The notes: a model not told the origin generated them from the sequence alone. Positions 1-10,526 are shown, numbered from the stretch's first letter. The stretch: 64,000 bases of DNA from Candidatus Helarchaeota archaeon (GCA_019058315.1 JAHPZH010000005.1:128001-192000); one strand, 5' to 3'. Translations and numbers: made by a program.

Positions 1-435
1 ATTAAGATAGGAATTAATGAAAAAAATATTATTGAAAATGAGGAAGAAAATTCCTTTGAAATTCCTCTTACGATAGAGTTTGAAAATTCTGATCCTATTA
101 TTTTAAAAACTAAAATGTTAATTACTGAAAAATGGATTTTTTCAAAATGTCTAATCATATATGATAATAAACTTCCTTCTGGAAATATTAAAAATTTACT
201 TTATCAAGAGTTGCTAAAAGCAAATTTTGACTTAGCAGAAGTTACTTTTAGCTTAGATCAAGTGAATAATATTTATATTGAGACAGATATGCCAACAACC
301 ACACATTATGAGAATTTTCAATCCGAATTTCAGAGTATACCATTCGGAGTCCTCCACTTCTTTAATGATATTGTTCCAAAAATTAGTAGCGAAATAAAAC
401 GTCAGAATACCTTTGATCGATCAATGTATGTTTAA
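1..435 (+). CDS. 5'-truncated hypothetical protein, possibly YbjN/T3SS-chaperone-like fold
   Basis: The frame of the 115..435 ORF is open back to base 1 (IKIGINEKNIIENEEENSFEIPL...), so the gene starts outside the window. The LYQELLKANFDLAEVTFSLD..NIYIETD pattern resembles YbjN-like proteins. Confidence 0.55.
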   Translation: MKIGINEKNIIENEEENSFEIPLTIEFENSDPIILKTKMLITEKWIFSKCLIIYDNKLPSGNIKNLLYQELLKANFDLAEVTFSLDQVNNIYIETDMPTTTHYENFQSEFQSIPFGVLHFFNDIVPKISSEIKRQNTFDRSMYV

Positions 436-465
436 TTATTAATCAAAATTCTTATGCAGTTGCCC

Positions 466-1569
466 TTATTCTTTCCTTATTTTTAATTTGATATCCTTTT
501 TTTCTTCCATTTCCCTGAGCATTTTAATAAGTTCATTATATTCAATATCAAGCGACTTAGCTATTGAACGTGCTGATACATCACCTGTACATAATTCTCG
601 AATTTTATATTCCTTCGGGCTCATTAATCCGAGTTGTACTCCCATGGGGCTTAATTTTTTAATATTTTTAGGTAGATAATCAGGTGTGCCCTCAGATGAG
701 AAATCAATCCAATCTTTATCTTCATATTTATCTAGAATATCGATAACCTCGGATTTCTTAATAGAAGTAATCTCAGCAATATCATCAATAGACTTTTCTC
801 CAGAACAATTTTCTAATACGAGACGTTCATCATCCTTGAAACCAATTGTCAATGATACAGGTTCAATCAATTTTGGATACAGCATTACAGGTTTTCTTGT
901 TCTAGATATTGGTTCAATTATTCTAATCCGAAGCCAACCTTTATCTCTAAATTTTTTAATTACCTCATCAACTTCTTCACTTAATAAATTTGATTTTTTA
1001 CAGATATCTTCTACACAAGTATCTCCATCAATTAAATTTAATACAACTGATTCTGTAAGTTCGAATTTATCTTTCATTTTCAATTTTCGTAATAAATAAG
1101 GAACTCTTCGGATTTTAGCTTCAGTTTGATCCTGTTTTTTTGATATTAATGGTTCAATTACAGGACTTGAATTGAATGTAATTTCGGGAGCTTCAATTAT
1201 AGGAGGAAAATTTCCTTGTAATAGATCTTCTAACGGCGAACCATATTCATTGATTTTACTTTTAAAACCTAGAAGTTGACCATGTTTAATTGATTTAGCT
1301 TTGGCATAGAGAATTATTGCGATATTTTCACTAACTTTAAAGAATACTAAATTTAATGACGATAAAGGCATTGCATAATCATTAACTTTTAAAAGCGAGA
1401 AACTCGATCTCATAAAATTTTGTAAAAAATCAATATGTTCATTATATGCTTCATCTAAGTGATATAACTCACCATTCCTCCCTGCAATTGCAATATAGGC
1501 CCTTTTTGTTAACATACTGCCCATATAATCCGAAATTTCTTTAGCAATATTAGAAATTTGATTTTCCAT
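466..1569 (-). CDS. N-terminal roadblock/longin-like domain plus three tandem winged-helix repeats (NPRL2-like architecture)
   Basis: Three repeats of E..VL..(I/C)xGxx.(V/I)..I.......EV..(V/I)..(F/Y)..KxW(L/I). The first (VPYL...FELTESVVLNLIDG..VEDICKKSNL..EEVDEVI..F..KGWL) follows the NPRL2 middle-domain pattern. The N-terminus is a small alpha/beta domain (AYIAIAGRNGELY). Confidence 0.55.
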   Translation of the reverse strand: MENQISNIAKEISDYMGSMLTKRAYIAIAGRNGELYHLDEAYNEHIDFLQNFMRSSFSLLKVNDYAMPLSSLNLVFFKVSENIAIILYAKAKSIKHGQLLGFKSKINEYGSPLEDLLQGNFPPIIEAPEITFNSSPVIEPLISKKQDQTEAKIRRVPYLLRKLKMKDKFELTESVVLNLIDGDTCVEDICKKSNLLSEEVDEVIKKFRDKGWLRIRIIEPISRTRKPVMLYPKLIEPVSLTIGFKDDERLVLENCSGEKSIDDIAEITSIKKSEVIDILDKYEDKDWIDFSSEGTPDYLPKNIKKLSPMGVQLGLMSPKEYKIRELCTGDVSARSIAKSLDIEYNELIKMLREMEEKKDIKLKIRKE

Positions 1570-1977
1570 ATAAAAAAATGAAAGGTTTTGATAATATATA
1601 ATTATTGTATTTTTATTATATTAGATCTATTCACTAAGATAAAAATATTATGGAATTAACTCCCATTACATCTTATCTTTTGGATTACCGGATAATTGGT
1701 ATAAGAAATCTGGAATTTCATTAAAATGGTTTGATTTAATTGTTAAATTATCAAATTTTTTTAGGATAAATGAACTCAAAACCATTATAAATTCAATAAT
1801 AAATGATTTAAAAAATATAGAATTTCCTCTAGATGTTAAAAATGTTAGAGAAAAAGTTAGGTTATGGGTTTATTCTAATAAAATTTAGATGTTTTAATCG
1901 CTTTACTTGGACTTTGGAAATGGCAATGTTCGAAAAAGTAAAATACTTAACTAAGTCTGAATTAAGTAGGGAAAGTT

Positions 1978-4245
1978 ATGCAAAGTGATGAGGAAATAAA
2001 ACTTAGATCAGAAATTTCAGAATATGAGAAATTTCTTGATAAACATTCAATGAGGCAAAATCAATATATGGAAACATTAGTCAAGTACTTAAACGCAAGT
2101 TATGTCCTATCTAAAATTCGGGATAAGGCAGATATTCTTTTTAAAGTTTTTAAAAGATTGGAGAATTTTTCTAAACTTACTTCTGGAAAATTAATTTTTG
2201 ATAAACGTATTAATACACAAGTAATTATCGCTGGACTTTATTTAGAACTTGCGCAGATTCGGGATAAGGAAGCTAATGTAGTCAAAGCACATAAAGCCAT
2301 TGATCTCGCAGAAACACTTTTAATAAGTATAATTTCACCGATACCAAATCGTGATGAATTTAATTTAAAATTCGATTTATTACGCAGCTCTGGATTTATG
2401 ACACTTTCTGACGTTCGAGAGACTAAACAAAACTTGATAGAGGCAATAGAAATCATAGAACGTGCATATAAATTATATAGATCCAGAAAAAACCGAAATG
2501 ATTATTTTATAATGATGACTAACTTGGCAAATTCTTATTATTCATTAGCTGGATTTCAAGAAAAAGAAGATAATCTTTTAAGAGGTCTAAAGGTATATAA
2601 AAAGTCCCTTAAATTCCGTTCGAAATCTAATCGGATTATTTATGTGAAAAACCTTATTTTTATTAGTGCAATTTATTGCCAACTTGCTTCAATTAGAAAT
2701 GAAAAGAAACTAATTAAAAACTCGGATTCCACACTTAGTAAAGCTTTAAGAATCTATAATGTTAACAAAAATCCACTCGAATATGCAAGGATTTGTAATA
2801 CGATTGGGCTTGTTTATAATCATTTGACAAAACATCAAAATAAAGAAGAGATACTCACACAAGCAATTCAAGAGCTTAAAAACGCATTAAGAATCCTCTC
2901 TATTGAAAAATATCCAATGGATTATGCAATAAATCAATATAATCTTTGTCTATCCTATTTCTATCTATCCAAAGTTCGGGATAGATACAATAATCTATCA
3001 AAGGCAATTCAGTTTGCTCACGAATCCCTAAATATTTACAAATTTAATAAATTTCCTCTAGATCACATGAATACCCAAATTCTTCTTGGGATTGCGTATC
3101 TAGAATTAGCTTATTTTAGAGAAAGAAATGATAATTTAAATAAAGGTTTAAAATCCTTGGAATTAGCCGTAACGATTTTTTCCAAAAGGAAATATCCAAT
3201 AAAATATGCTATAATTAAAATTAATATGGGGGTTTACTATGTTTATTTTGGAACTATACGTGGCAAAGAAACAAATCTAAAGAATGCTATTGCATCATAT
3301 AACGAAGCACTAGGCATTTTAACAATCGAAAAAAATCCAACTTCTTATGCATTAATTCAACATAACCTAGGAGCAGCTTTTTTCCATCTCGCTGAAGTTC
3401 GAAATACAAGGAGTAACCTAGCAAATGCATTATCAGCTTACAAAGAAGCTCTTAAGATTAGAAATATTGACGAATATCCTCGAGATTATTTTATAACACA
3501 AATAAACCTCAGTACAACATATTCATATTTATCATTATTTCAAGACGAAGATGAGAATATAAGTAAAGCATTTGCAGCTTATAAAGAGTCATTGAAAATA
3601 ACAACCATTGAAAAATTTCCATTAGATTACGCATTAATTCAAGAAAATCTTGGATATATATATGGCAATCTTGCTATAATTCGGGATAAAAAAGAAAATC
3701 TTAATAAATCAATAAAAGCGTATTATGAAGCTTTAAATATCATAACCTTAGAGGAATTTCCTCTTATTTATGCTAGAATTCAAATTGCCCTCGGAGCTGT
3801 TTATAATAATCTTTCAGAGGTTTCTGGAGACGAAAATTTTCTTTCTAAAGCTATGGATGCTCTTGAAGCATCAGCAAAAGTTTTTTCATTTAGAAATTAC
3901 CCTCTTTTCTATGCTCAGATCCAACATTATCTTGGAAATGTTTATAAGGTCATGGCGAAGTTCCGAGAAAAAGAAAAGAATATCGCTTTTGCAATCCAAG
4001 CTTATAAAGAAGCTCTAAGAATTAGAATCCACGAAAAGTACCCAATTGATCATGCCGAAACGCAGTTTAATCTAGCTAGGGCATATAATACCCTAGCTGA
4101 AATCGGAAACAAAAAAATAAATTTGGAAAAAGCAATTCGGGCTTATGGAATCGCCTTGAATACATTTACTGAAGAAAAATATCATATAAAAACTGAAATG
4201 ATTAAAAATGAATTGGAAATCGCTATAAATAATTATTCGGGATGA
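1978..4245 (+). CDS. Tetratricopeptide repeat protein
   Basis: Many ~46-aa repeats EK(Y/F)PxDYA..Q.NLG.AY..L......NL.KAI.AY.EAL.I. Confidence 0.9.
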   Translation: MQSDEEIKLRSEISEYEKFLDKHSMRQNQYMETLVKYLNASYVLSKIRDKADILFKVFKRLENFSKLTSGKLIFDKRINTQVIIAGLYLELAQIRDKEANVVKAHKAIDLAETLLISIISPIPNRDEFNLKFDLLRSSGFMTLSDVRETKQNLIEAIEIIERAYKLYRSRKNRNDYFIMMTNLANSYYSLAGFQEKEDNLLRGLKVYKKSLKFRSKSNRIIYVKNLIFISAIYCQLASIRNEKKLIKNSDSTLSKALRIYNVNKNPLEYARICNTIGLVYNHLTKHQNKEEILTQAIQELKNALRILSIEKYPMDYAINQYNLCLSYFYLSKVRDRYNNLSKAIQFAHESLNIYKFNKFPLDHMNTQILLGIAYLELAYFRERNDNLNKGLKSLELAVTIFSKRKYPIKYAIIKINMGVYYVYFGTIRGKETNLKNAIASYNEALGILTIEKNPTSYALIQHNLGAAFFHLAEVRNTRSNLANALSAYKEALKIRNIDEYPRDYFITQINLSTTYSYLSLFQDEDENISKAFAAYKESLKITTIEKFPLDYALIQENLGYIYGNLAIIRDKKENLNKSIKAYYEALNIITLEEFPLIYARIQIALGAVYNNLSEVSGDENFLSKAMDALEASAKVFSFRNYPLFYAQIQHYLGNVYKVMAKFREKEKNIAFAIQAYKEALRIRIHEKYPIDHAETQFNLARAYNTLAEIGNKKINLEKAIRAYGIALNTFTEEKYHIKTEMIKNELEIAINNYSG

Positions 4246-4342
4246 TCATATACCTGAAGTAGGTTTTTATAAAAACATGATTTTAACAAGTTAAAGAAAA
4301 CATATAAAAAAATGATATCTATAGAATTTTTTGCATTTTTCT

Positions 4343-4825
4343 TTATTTTTGTGCGTCTTCAAGAGATTTAAAAAAAGCTACGTTAATTTTTGCATTTAAG
4401 GGGAATAATTTAACATTATCAGAAATATTTTTGAGTTTAATTGTTAATCCCCCTATTGATCCAAGAAAATGTTTCTGACCTACATCATATATAATACATT
4501 TCCCTAAAAACATAGCAAAATCTTCTTTAATCTCATCTTTACTCATTTTTATAGAAAGCTCATTTTTTTCTCGAAGAAAATAATTAAAATTATCTTCAAT
4601 TGATTCTATCAAACTTATTGGAAGTTCTAAATCCACCTCGAAATCTTGCGAACTTATTTTAATATGTTGAATATTTGGTATATCGGTTTTAAAGTTTTCA
4701 AAAATTTCACCTGAAAACATTATTTCATCAACAAATCGACTTTTTTTTCCCTTTGTAACTTGTTTTGTTTTTATTTTTTTATCTGTAGGTTTTGGCTTCT
4801 TTGCTTTTGGCATTACATAGACCAC
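4343..4825 (-). CDS. rpo8: DNA-directed RNA polymerase subunit Rpo8 (RpoG/Rpb8-like OB fold) with Lys-rich N-terminal tail
   Basis: EIMFSGEIFE...NIQHIKISSQDFEVDLEL parallels the crenarchaeal RpoG N-terminus. FLGKCIIYD and FLGSIGGLTIKL match the Rpb8 signatures YVMYGKVY and VSYGGLLMRL. Size fits. Confidence 0.68.
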   Translation of the reverse strand: MVYVMPKAKKPKPTDKKIKTKQVTKGKKSRFVDEIMFSGEIFENFKTDIPNIQHIKISSQDFEVDLELPISLIESIEDNFNYFLREKNELSIKMSKDEIKEDFAMFLGKCIIYDVGQKHFLGSIGGLTIKLKNISDNVKLFPLNAKINVAFFKSLEDAQK

Positions 4826-4953
4826 TCATATATTTTTTAATAAATAGTATCTCCAAAATAAAAATCAATTTCTCAACTTTATTTTGATATTTAAAATAAT
4901 CTTAAACTATTTTTAAAATGAATTATTTTTTAATTAATTTTAGCATTTTTACC

Positions 4954-6264
4954 CTAACTAGTATCTTTAGGTAATTTGGGAGCATATATACTGAATAAAA
5001 TGATAGAAACGAGTAAAATACTTGAAGCATATATAAATGCAGAGGATGCTGAAAAAGTTTCATAGATATACCCAAATAAGAGTGTTTCAGGTATGCACAT
5101 CAATCCAATTAGTAAATAATATAACCCATATGCGCTACCTCGTTTTTCCTTTCCTGCAAAATCCCCGACAAATGCCCTAGAGACTGGATCAACTAATCCT
5201 TTATATAGACCATAGAGACCAAAGAATGAAGTAATTAATACTATAGATATTTCACTCGCTTTAATGGGAACACTTAAACCAATACATACAGTTAAAAGAA
5301 TTATTAATCCAAGGATAATTACTTTTTTACGACCAACTTTATCGGATAATCTTCCAGCATAGATAGCACTAATTGCATATGTTATATTTAATAGTCCATA
5401 AATTAGGGGTATTAATGTGAATGATGGTATAAAGGTTCCTAAACCAATTTTTGTAGCAAAATCTTGATAGAATTGAATTATAGGATTAACGGGAAAAAAA
5501 TCCCCCGCTCTAATAATTAAAAATGCAATATTTACCGCAGAAAACTCCATAATGCTTAGAATTAAAATTAATTTTATAAAATCTTTTGTTATTTTTTTTG
5601 TTTTAATAGTTGTTTTAGGAATTTTTACATCTTTTACAAATAATAACACAATTATTGCAATAATTCCTGGAAATATTGAACAAATAATGATATTTGAATA
5701 TGTTATTGATAGAAATAAAAGTAAAAAAACTATGAATGGAGCCAAAATTGCCCCTGTTGTGTCCATAGCACGATGGACACCAAAGTACTTTCCTGTTTTT
5801 TCAGGACGCCAATAACTAATAAGAGCATCCCTTGGAGACGTTCTTATACCTTTACCGAAACGATCTGAAAATTTTAAAAGAAGAATTGGCTCCCAAGTTC
5901 TTGCTAATCCAATTAAAGGTTTTGTTACATTTGATAATATATATCCAGACAATATTATTGGTTTTCTTTTTCCAATTTTATCAGAAAACCATCCCGAAAA
6001 GCCTTTAACTATATTTGCTGTCGCTTCAGCAATACCTTCAATTAAACCTAATATTGTTATACTAATTCCCAATGATAATAAATATAATGGAAAAACGATA
6101 ATTAGCATCTCTGAACTTAAATCTGTAAATAAACTAGTGAAGCCTAATATTAAGATATTAACGGAAACACCGATTACTGTCTTATCAACAGGTTTATCTT
6201 CAGATATATTTTCAAATTTATCTTGTGTTTTATCTTTCTCCAAATTCATCACAATTACAATCAT
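4954..6264 (-). CDS. MFS transporter
   Basis: About 12 hydrophobic segments; motif A twice (GWFSDKIGKRK, GRLSDKVGRKK); DRFGKGIRTSPRDAL. Confidence 0.93.
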   Translation of the reverse strand: MIVIVMNLEKDKTQDKFENISEDKPVDKTVIGVSVNILILGFTSLFTDLSSEMLIIVFPLYLLSLGISITILGLIEGIAEATANIVKGFSGWFSDKIGKRKPIILSGYILSNVTKPLIGLARTWEPILLLKFSDRFGKGIRTSPRDALISYWRPEKTGKYFGVHRAMDTTGAILAPFIVFLLLFLSITYSNIIICSIFPGIIAIIVLLFVKDVKIPKTTIKTKKITKDFIKLILILSIMEFSAVNIAFLIIRAGDFFPVNPIIQFYQDFATKIGLGTFIPSFTLIPLIYGLLNITYAISAIYAGRLSDKVGRKKVIILGLIILLTVCIGLSVPIKASEISIVLITSFFGLYGLYKGLVDPVSRAFVGDFAGKEKRGSAYGLYYLLIGLMCIPETLLFGYIYETFSASSAFIYASSILLVSIILFSIYAPKLPKDTS

Positions 6265-6330
6265 TTAAAAAATTTATAAGTTTTATTTAATCATTAGTGA
6301 ATTGTATAATAAAAAAAAAGGAAATACCCC

Positions 6331-6621
6331 ATGTATCAGAGTTTTATTACTAAATCTGATTTGATTGAACGTATTCATAAATCTGTAAAACTATTTTTTT
6401 TCAGAAAGAACATTAAAGGTAGTAAGTCAGAGCAGATTGAGAGTGTTGAAAAATTTGTTGAAAATTATTTAACACTTTATGATTTTAAATCCGATTTAAT
6501 TGCTATAGATTTCCGAAAAAAGGGTATAAGAATTAAACTTAAGAATCTTAGACGTTATAAAAGTGGTGACAGGCAAAAATTACTTTCAAAACTTGATTTT
6601 TTACTAAAGGGAGGTAAATAA
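6331..6621 (+). CDS. Small basic hypothetical protein, first gene of a putative 3-gene unit
   Basis: 96-aa ORF. Its 3' end contains the Shine-Dalgarno of the next gene and its stop overlaps that gene's open frame. Confidence 0.65.
   Translation: MYQSFITKSDLIERIHKSVKLFFFRKNIKGSKSEQIESVEKFVENYLTLYDFKSDLIAIDFRKKGIRIKLKNLRRYKSGDRQKLLSKLDFLLKGGK
6609..6615 (+). promoter_or_regulatory. Strong Shine-Dalgarno (GGGAGGT) upstream of in-frame ATA codons at 6618/6621/6624
   Basis: GGGAGGT at 6609-6615 is followed by AAATAATAATATTAAGA; the large ORF frame is open from 6618. Confidence 0.6.
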
Positions 6622-9600
6622 TAATATTAAGAACACTTCCATTTTGGGATTTAACAAAAAATGATCTATCGATTAATGAAATATTACTAAAAAAGGATTA
6701 TACCAGAGTTATCCCTTTTATTTTTAATAGGAAAGGAGATATTGGAAGTTTTGGAAGTGTCGAAGATACGTTTTGGGCTCTTTTGGCTCTCCATTTAATG
6801 CAAAAGCTAGATTCAATAAATAGAGATAAAATAAACAAGTTTATTTTTAGTTTTAGGTCTCCTATCGGGGGATTTTTTTCAAATAATGAAGATTATCCTG
6901 ATGTTAGAACTACATTTTATGCCATTTCTTGTTTACATCTCCTTGGTTTGGATTTAAATGAGGATGAGAAGCGAATAACATTTAATTATATAATGGAAAG
7001 CAGAACTAAAGAAGGTTTATTTCTTCATTGTAAGGATCCAAATTGTGATTGTCATCAAAAAGTTGCATTTCTCTATGCGTTTTTTGCAATTGGTAGCATA
7101 ATTTTATTAGATTTTCAAGAAAAATTAGAATCTGAATTCTTTGAAAAAATTACATCATTAGATTTTAATATTCATAATTTTGACACTTTCTTTTTCTTTT
7201 TAGCCATAAATCTGTTACAAATTGATATAAGAATGGAAAATAAAGACTTATTAAAAATTATTCACTTTTTTCAAAGAAAATCAGGTGGTTTTGGACGTAT
7301 TCAAGATACTTTTTGGATAATAACTTGGTTAAATTCTCAAAAGTTTTTACATCGAATTAATAAAGGAGTAGTAATAGAAAAATTTCTCGAAAATCGAAAA
7401 AATTTAGATGGAGGATATAATGAAAAAGGGGAATCAAACTCAACTTTAAAAGTTACAGCTCAAGCGATTATAATTCTTTCCATTCTTAATCCACTTGTTG
7501 TAAAGGAATTAGAAAATGAAATATTTAATCGATTAAGCGAGAACACTCATAATTTATTAAAACGTTTTTCTGATCAATTTTCTATAGAAGAGGAGCGAAT
7601 AGCCGAAATTATAGTTATGCTTAATTCAAAATATAAATGGTTGAATGTTAAATTATTAAAATTCGAATCTGTTTTCAATAAATATATTCAAAACTTAAAA
7701 TCTTCAGAACAAAAAATTGGCCAAAATATTTTAAAATCAGTTTATGATGCAAACCAGAAAAAAATTGACTTATTAGAGTTAGCTAATTCTCTTAATGTTA
7801 ATGAAGAAGAATTAATTCGAGTATTATATGATTTAATAGATGCCAAATTAATTTATGGTAATATTGAACCATCTCAACTCATAAAAGACTCTCATATGCT
7901 TGAAATAAGTTATCTACCTCAATATATTTTAGTAAGAAAAGATCTTCTTCCCTCTGACGAAGTTTCAGTTGAATTGGAAAATTTAAACTTACTTCAAGAA
8001 CAAATTATTGAAGGTATAAATAATCTCCAGAAATATCCAATAGATTTCAAAGAAAGTATAGAATATTTATTGGATATCGATGAAGTTGAAATCGCCAATT
8101 TTAAAATTACTAGACTTTTTAATGATTATTTAATCATTATTCAATCTAACGATGAGGATATTACTGATAAAATTTCAAATATGAAATATTTTAAATCGGA
8201 TATCACAAATCTTTACCAAAAATGGAAAAATGTCTCATCATCCACACTTAAGGCTCTACAAGATATAAATAATGACTTATCAGTAAAAATTTCTTCCAGA
8301 ATGAAAATTGTTACGGCATACAATGATTTAGAGCAATTTGTTAATTTTGTAAATGAAAATATTAACAAATTTAGAAAAAAAATTGAAGTATTTACAGCGA
8401 TTTTTTACAAAACATCCAGCAGAAATGAATTATCTCTTAAATCTCAAGAGTTTATAGAGTTTCTTGATGATATGGATGAAGAATTTAAAGAAATTGCCCA
8501 ATATATCCAAAAAAAGAGCAAGGAATTAGCTAGCATTACTAAGAAAACAAAATTATTTAAAAATGTCATTATTTCAGAAGATCCAATATTTCGTAAGAGA
8601 ATTATTAGCACTGATTTAAAGAAAAAACTACAACCTTTTGGAAATTGGTTAGAAAGCCAGTGGAGCCAAAAGAGAAATGATTCTTTCAAAAAAATTACAG
8701 AATTCAGATCCAAAATACATAAACATGAAGAATTGATTAAATATATTAACGAAATGGAAATTTCAATCATTGCACAATTAAAAAATATCAATAATTTGGA
8801 AAATCATGGAAAAATTTATTCAGGAACTGTAAAAATTATTAATTCCATAAACAAATCAGACAAATATATTTCTAATTTTATTAGAGATACAGGTAAAATC
8901 CTTGAGGATTTTGATTTAGTAGTTCAGGACATCCCAATTATTTGGTCAGATAAAATTAAACAATTTGGGAAGAAGATTCAATCTATAAGAGAAAAAATTG
9001 GAAAGAAAATAATTGATAAACTCGAAATTCAAAAAAAGAATGAATTTGAAGAAAAAATTGAAAATCAAATACAAAATTTTATAATGAAATTAAATGAACT
9101 TGATGAAATACAAAATTTTCATTGGAAGAAAATAAATATTAGTTATAATGAGCTTTTAAATAATCAACTTTCTCTTATAAAACAATCTATTTTTCAAAAA
9201 AATGAAGATTTAATTAGAATCTATAGGGAAAATTCGGAAAAATTTTCTGGATTTGGAGAGTTAAGTCTAATTCCATTAAGAAAATGGGAAAATTTTTACG
9301 AATCCTTCGATGATGGTTTACGAAAGAAAGAAAACGATATTTTAGATATTATATTAGTTCGAATTTTGTTTCAATTATCAACACCGAGGACTGGCGGGCG
9401 TGTAAATCTATCAAAACTCTCTGAGATTATTGGTCTAGATCAAAAAATTATCAATAAAAGGTTAAAGAAATTAGAAGAAAATTTTAAAATTGAAGTGAAT
9501 TTTATTGATAAAGAAAAAGTAATCCCGCTAACTGAAGAAAATCAGACACAACTTAGATTTGAGGATTTTGTTTTACAGTTTTCTCAAGAATTTAAAGAAT

Positions 9601-10493
9601 CTAATGAACAATTAAATCGCTTTTTTAATTATATCTGTGATCGAAAGAAAATTTCAGAAAATGAAGAAGAGATTAAAAGTAAATTAAACCAACTTTCCGA
9701 AAAAATACTAGATTGTGAGATGGAATTAAAGAAGAGTTATTCTATTCAAATGAAAAATGAATATAATAAAAATATTTTAAAGAATTTAGAAGATATAATA
9801 CAAAAATCAAAAGAGAATTTGAATAATATTCAATATATCTTAAATATTAGAGCGGAATATGACGATACTATCAAAATAGAATTTTTTAAAATACATAAGA
9901 AATTTGAAGAGATTTCTGATTTTAGTGCATTTGATGAATTAAAGACGTTTGAAGTATATAATGCTGAGATTGATGAATTTAATCAGTTGATTAACAATTT
10001 CAACATAAAATCTGATGAATATATAAAAAATCAATCTAAAAATATTGAAAATTTTAGTAATTATATTATTGATTTAAGAACTAAATATAACAATTCCCTT
10101 AAGAAATTAAAATCAGATTTAAGAATTCTCAACTCGCAGAAAATTCAGAAAATTAAAAGTAAAATAATTGTAAATTTGAAGGTGATTTTAAAAACAAAAA
10201 TCGAAGAGTACCAATTAAAATTTCAAGAAAATTTATACAAATTCGAAAATGAAGCGTATAAATTAAAGAAAAGGGAGGATATTGAATCCTTAAATGAAAT
10301 AATCAAAGACTTTTATGTAGAATTAAATCAACACCTAAAAAATACCCAACTAGAAATTGAGGACTTTTTAAAGAGTAATGAGACCAACTATAAATTGACC
10401 CGTCTTAAATACAAATTTGAAGATATTTTAAAATCTTGGAATCCAGAAGAAATTAAAGAGGGTTTACTTATATATCTAGGCTCATTTTTATAA
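6621..10493 (+). CDS. Large multidomain protein: prenyltransferase/squalene-oxidase alpha-alpha barrel repeats + PCI-like winged helices + long helical/coiled-coil regions
   Basis: The ORF track starts at TTG 6783, but the frame is open from 6618 and the extension encodes another barrel repeat (GSFGSVEDTFWALLAL, cf. GGFGRIQDTFWII, GGFF..PDVRTTFYAISCLHLLG). Winged-helix motifs IDLLELANSLNV..EELIRVLYDLIDAKLIYGNIE and GGRVNLSKLSEIIGLD. Exact start uncertain. Confidence 0.75.
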   Translation: MILRTLPFWDLTKNDLSINEILLKKDYTRVIPFIFNRKGDIGSFGSVEDTFWALLALHLMQKLDSINRDKINKFIFSFRSPIGGFFSNNEDYPDVRTTFYAISCLHLLGLDLNEDEKRITFNYIMESRTKEGLFLHCKDPNCDCHQKVAFLYAFFAIGSIILLDFQEKLESEFFEKITSLDFNIHNFDTFFFFLAINLLQIDIRMENKDLLKIIHFFQRKSGGFGRIQDTFWIITWLNSQKFLHRINKGVVIEKFLENRKNLDGGYNEKGESNSTLKVTAQAIIILSILNPLVVKELENEIFNRLSENTHNLLKRFSDQFSIEEERIAEIIVMLNSKYKWLNVKLLKFESVFNKYIQNLKSSEQKIGQNILKSVYDANQKKIDLLELANSLNVNEEELIRVLYDLIDAKLIYGNIEPSQLIKDSHMLEISYLPQYILVRKDLLPSDEVSVELENLNLLQEQIIEGINNLQKYPIDFKESIEYLLDIDEVEIANFKITRLFNDYLIIIQSNDEDITDKISNMKYFKSDITNLYQKWKNVSSSTLKALQDINNDLSVKISSRMKIVTAYNDLEQFVNFVNENINKFRKKIEVFTAIFYKTSSRNELSLKSQEFIEFLDDMDEEFKEIAQYIQKKSKELASITKKTKLFKNVIISEDPIFRKRIISTDLKKKLQPFGNWLESQWSQKRNDSFKKITEFRSKIHKHEELIKYINEMEISIIAQLKNINNLENHGKIYSGTVKIINSINKSDKYISNFIRDTGKILEDFDLVVQDIPIIWSDKIKQFGKKIQSIREKIGKKIIDKLEIQKKNEFEEKIENQIQNFIMKLNELDEIQNFHWKKINISYNELLNNQLSLIKQSIFQKNEDLIRIYRENSEKFSGFGELSLIPLRKWENFYESFDDGLRKKENDILDIILVRILFQLSTPRTGGRVNLSKLSEIIGLDQKIINKRLKKLEENFKIEVNFIDKEKVIPLTEENQTQLRFEDFVLQFSQEFKESNEQLNRFFNYICDRKKISENEEEIKSKLNQLSEKILDCEMELKKSYSIQMKNEYNKNILKNLEDIIQKSKENLNNIQYILNIRAEYDDTIKIEFFKIHKKFEEISDFSAFDELKTFEVYNAEIDEFNQLINNFNIKSDEYIKNQSKNIENFSNYIIDLRTKYNNSLKKLKSDLRILNSQKIQKIKSKIIVNLKVILKTKIEEYQLKFQENLYKFENEAYKLKKREDIESLNEIIKDFYVELNQHLKNTQLEIEDFLKSNETNYKLTRLKYKFEDILKSWNPEEIKEGLLIYLGSFL

Positions 10494-10526
10494 TTTCAAA
10501 AAATTGAATTAAAAAGGGTAACAAAG

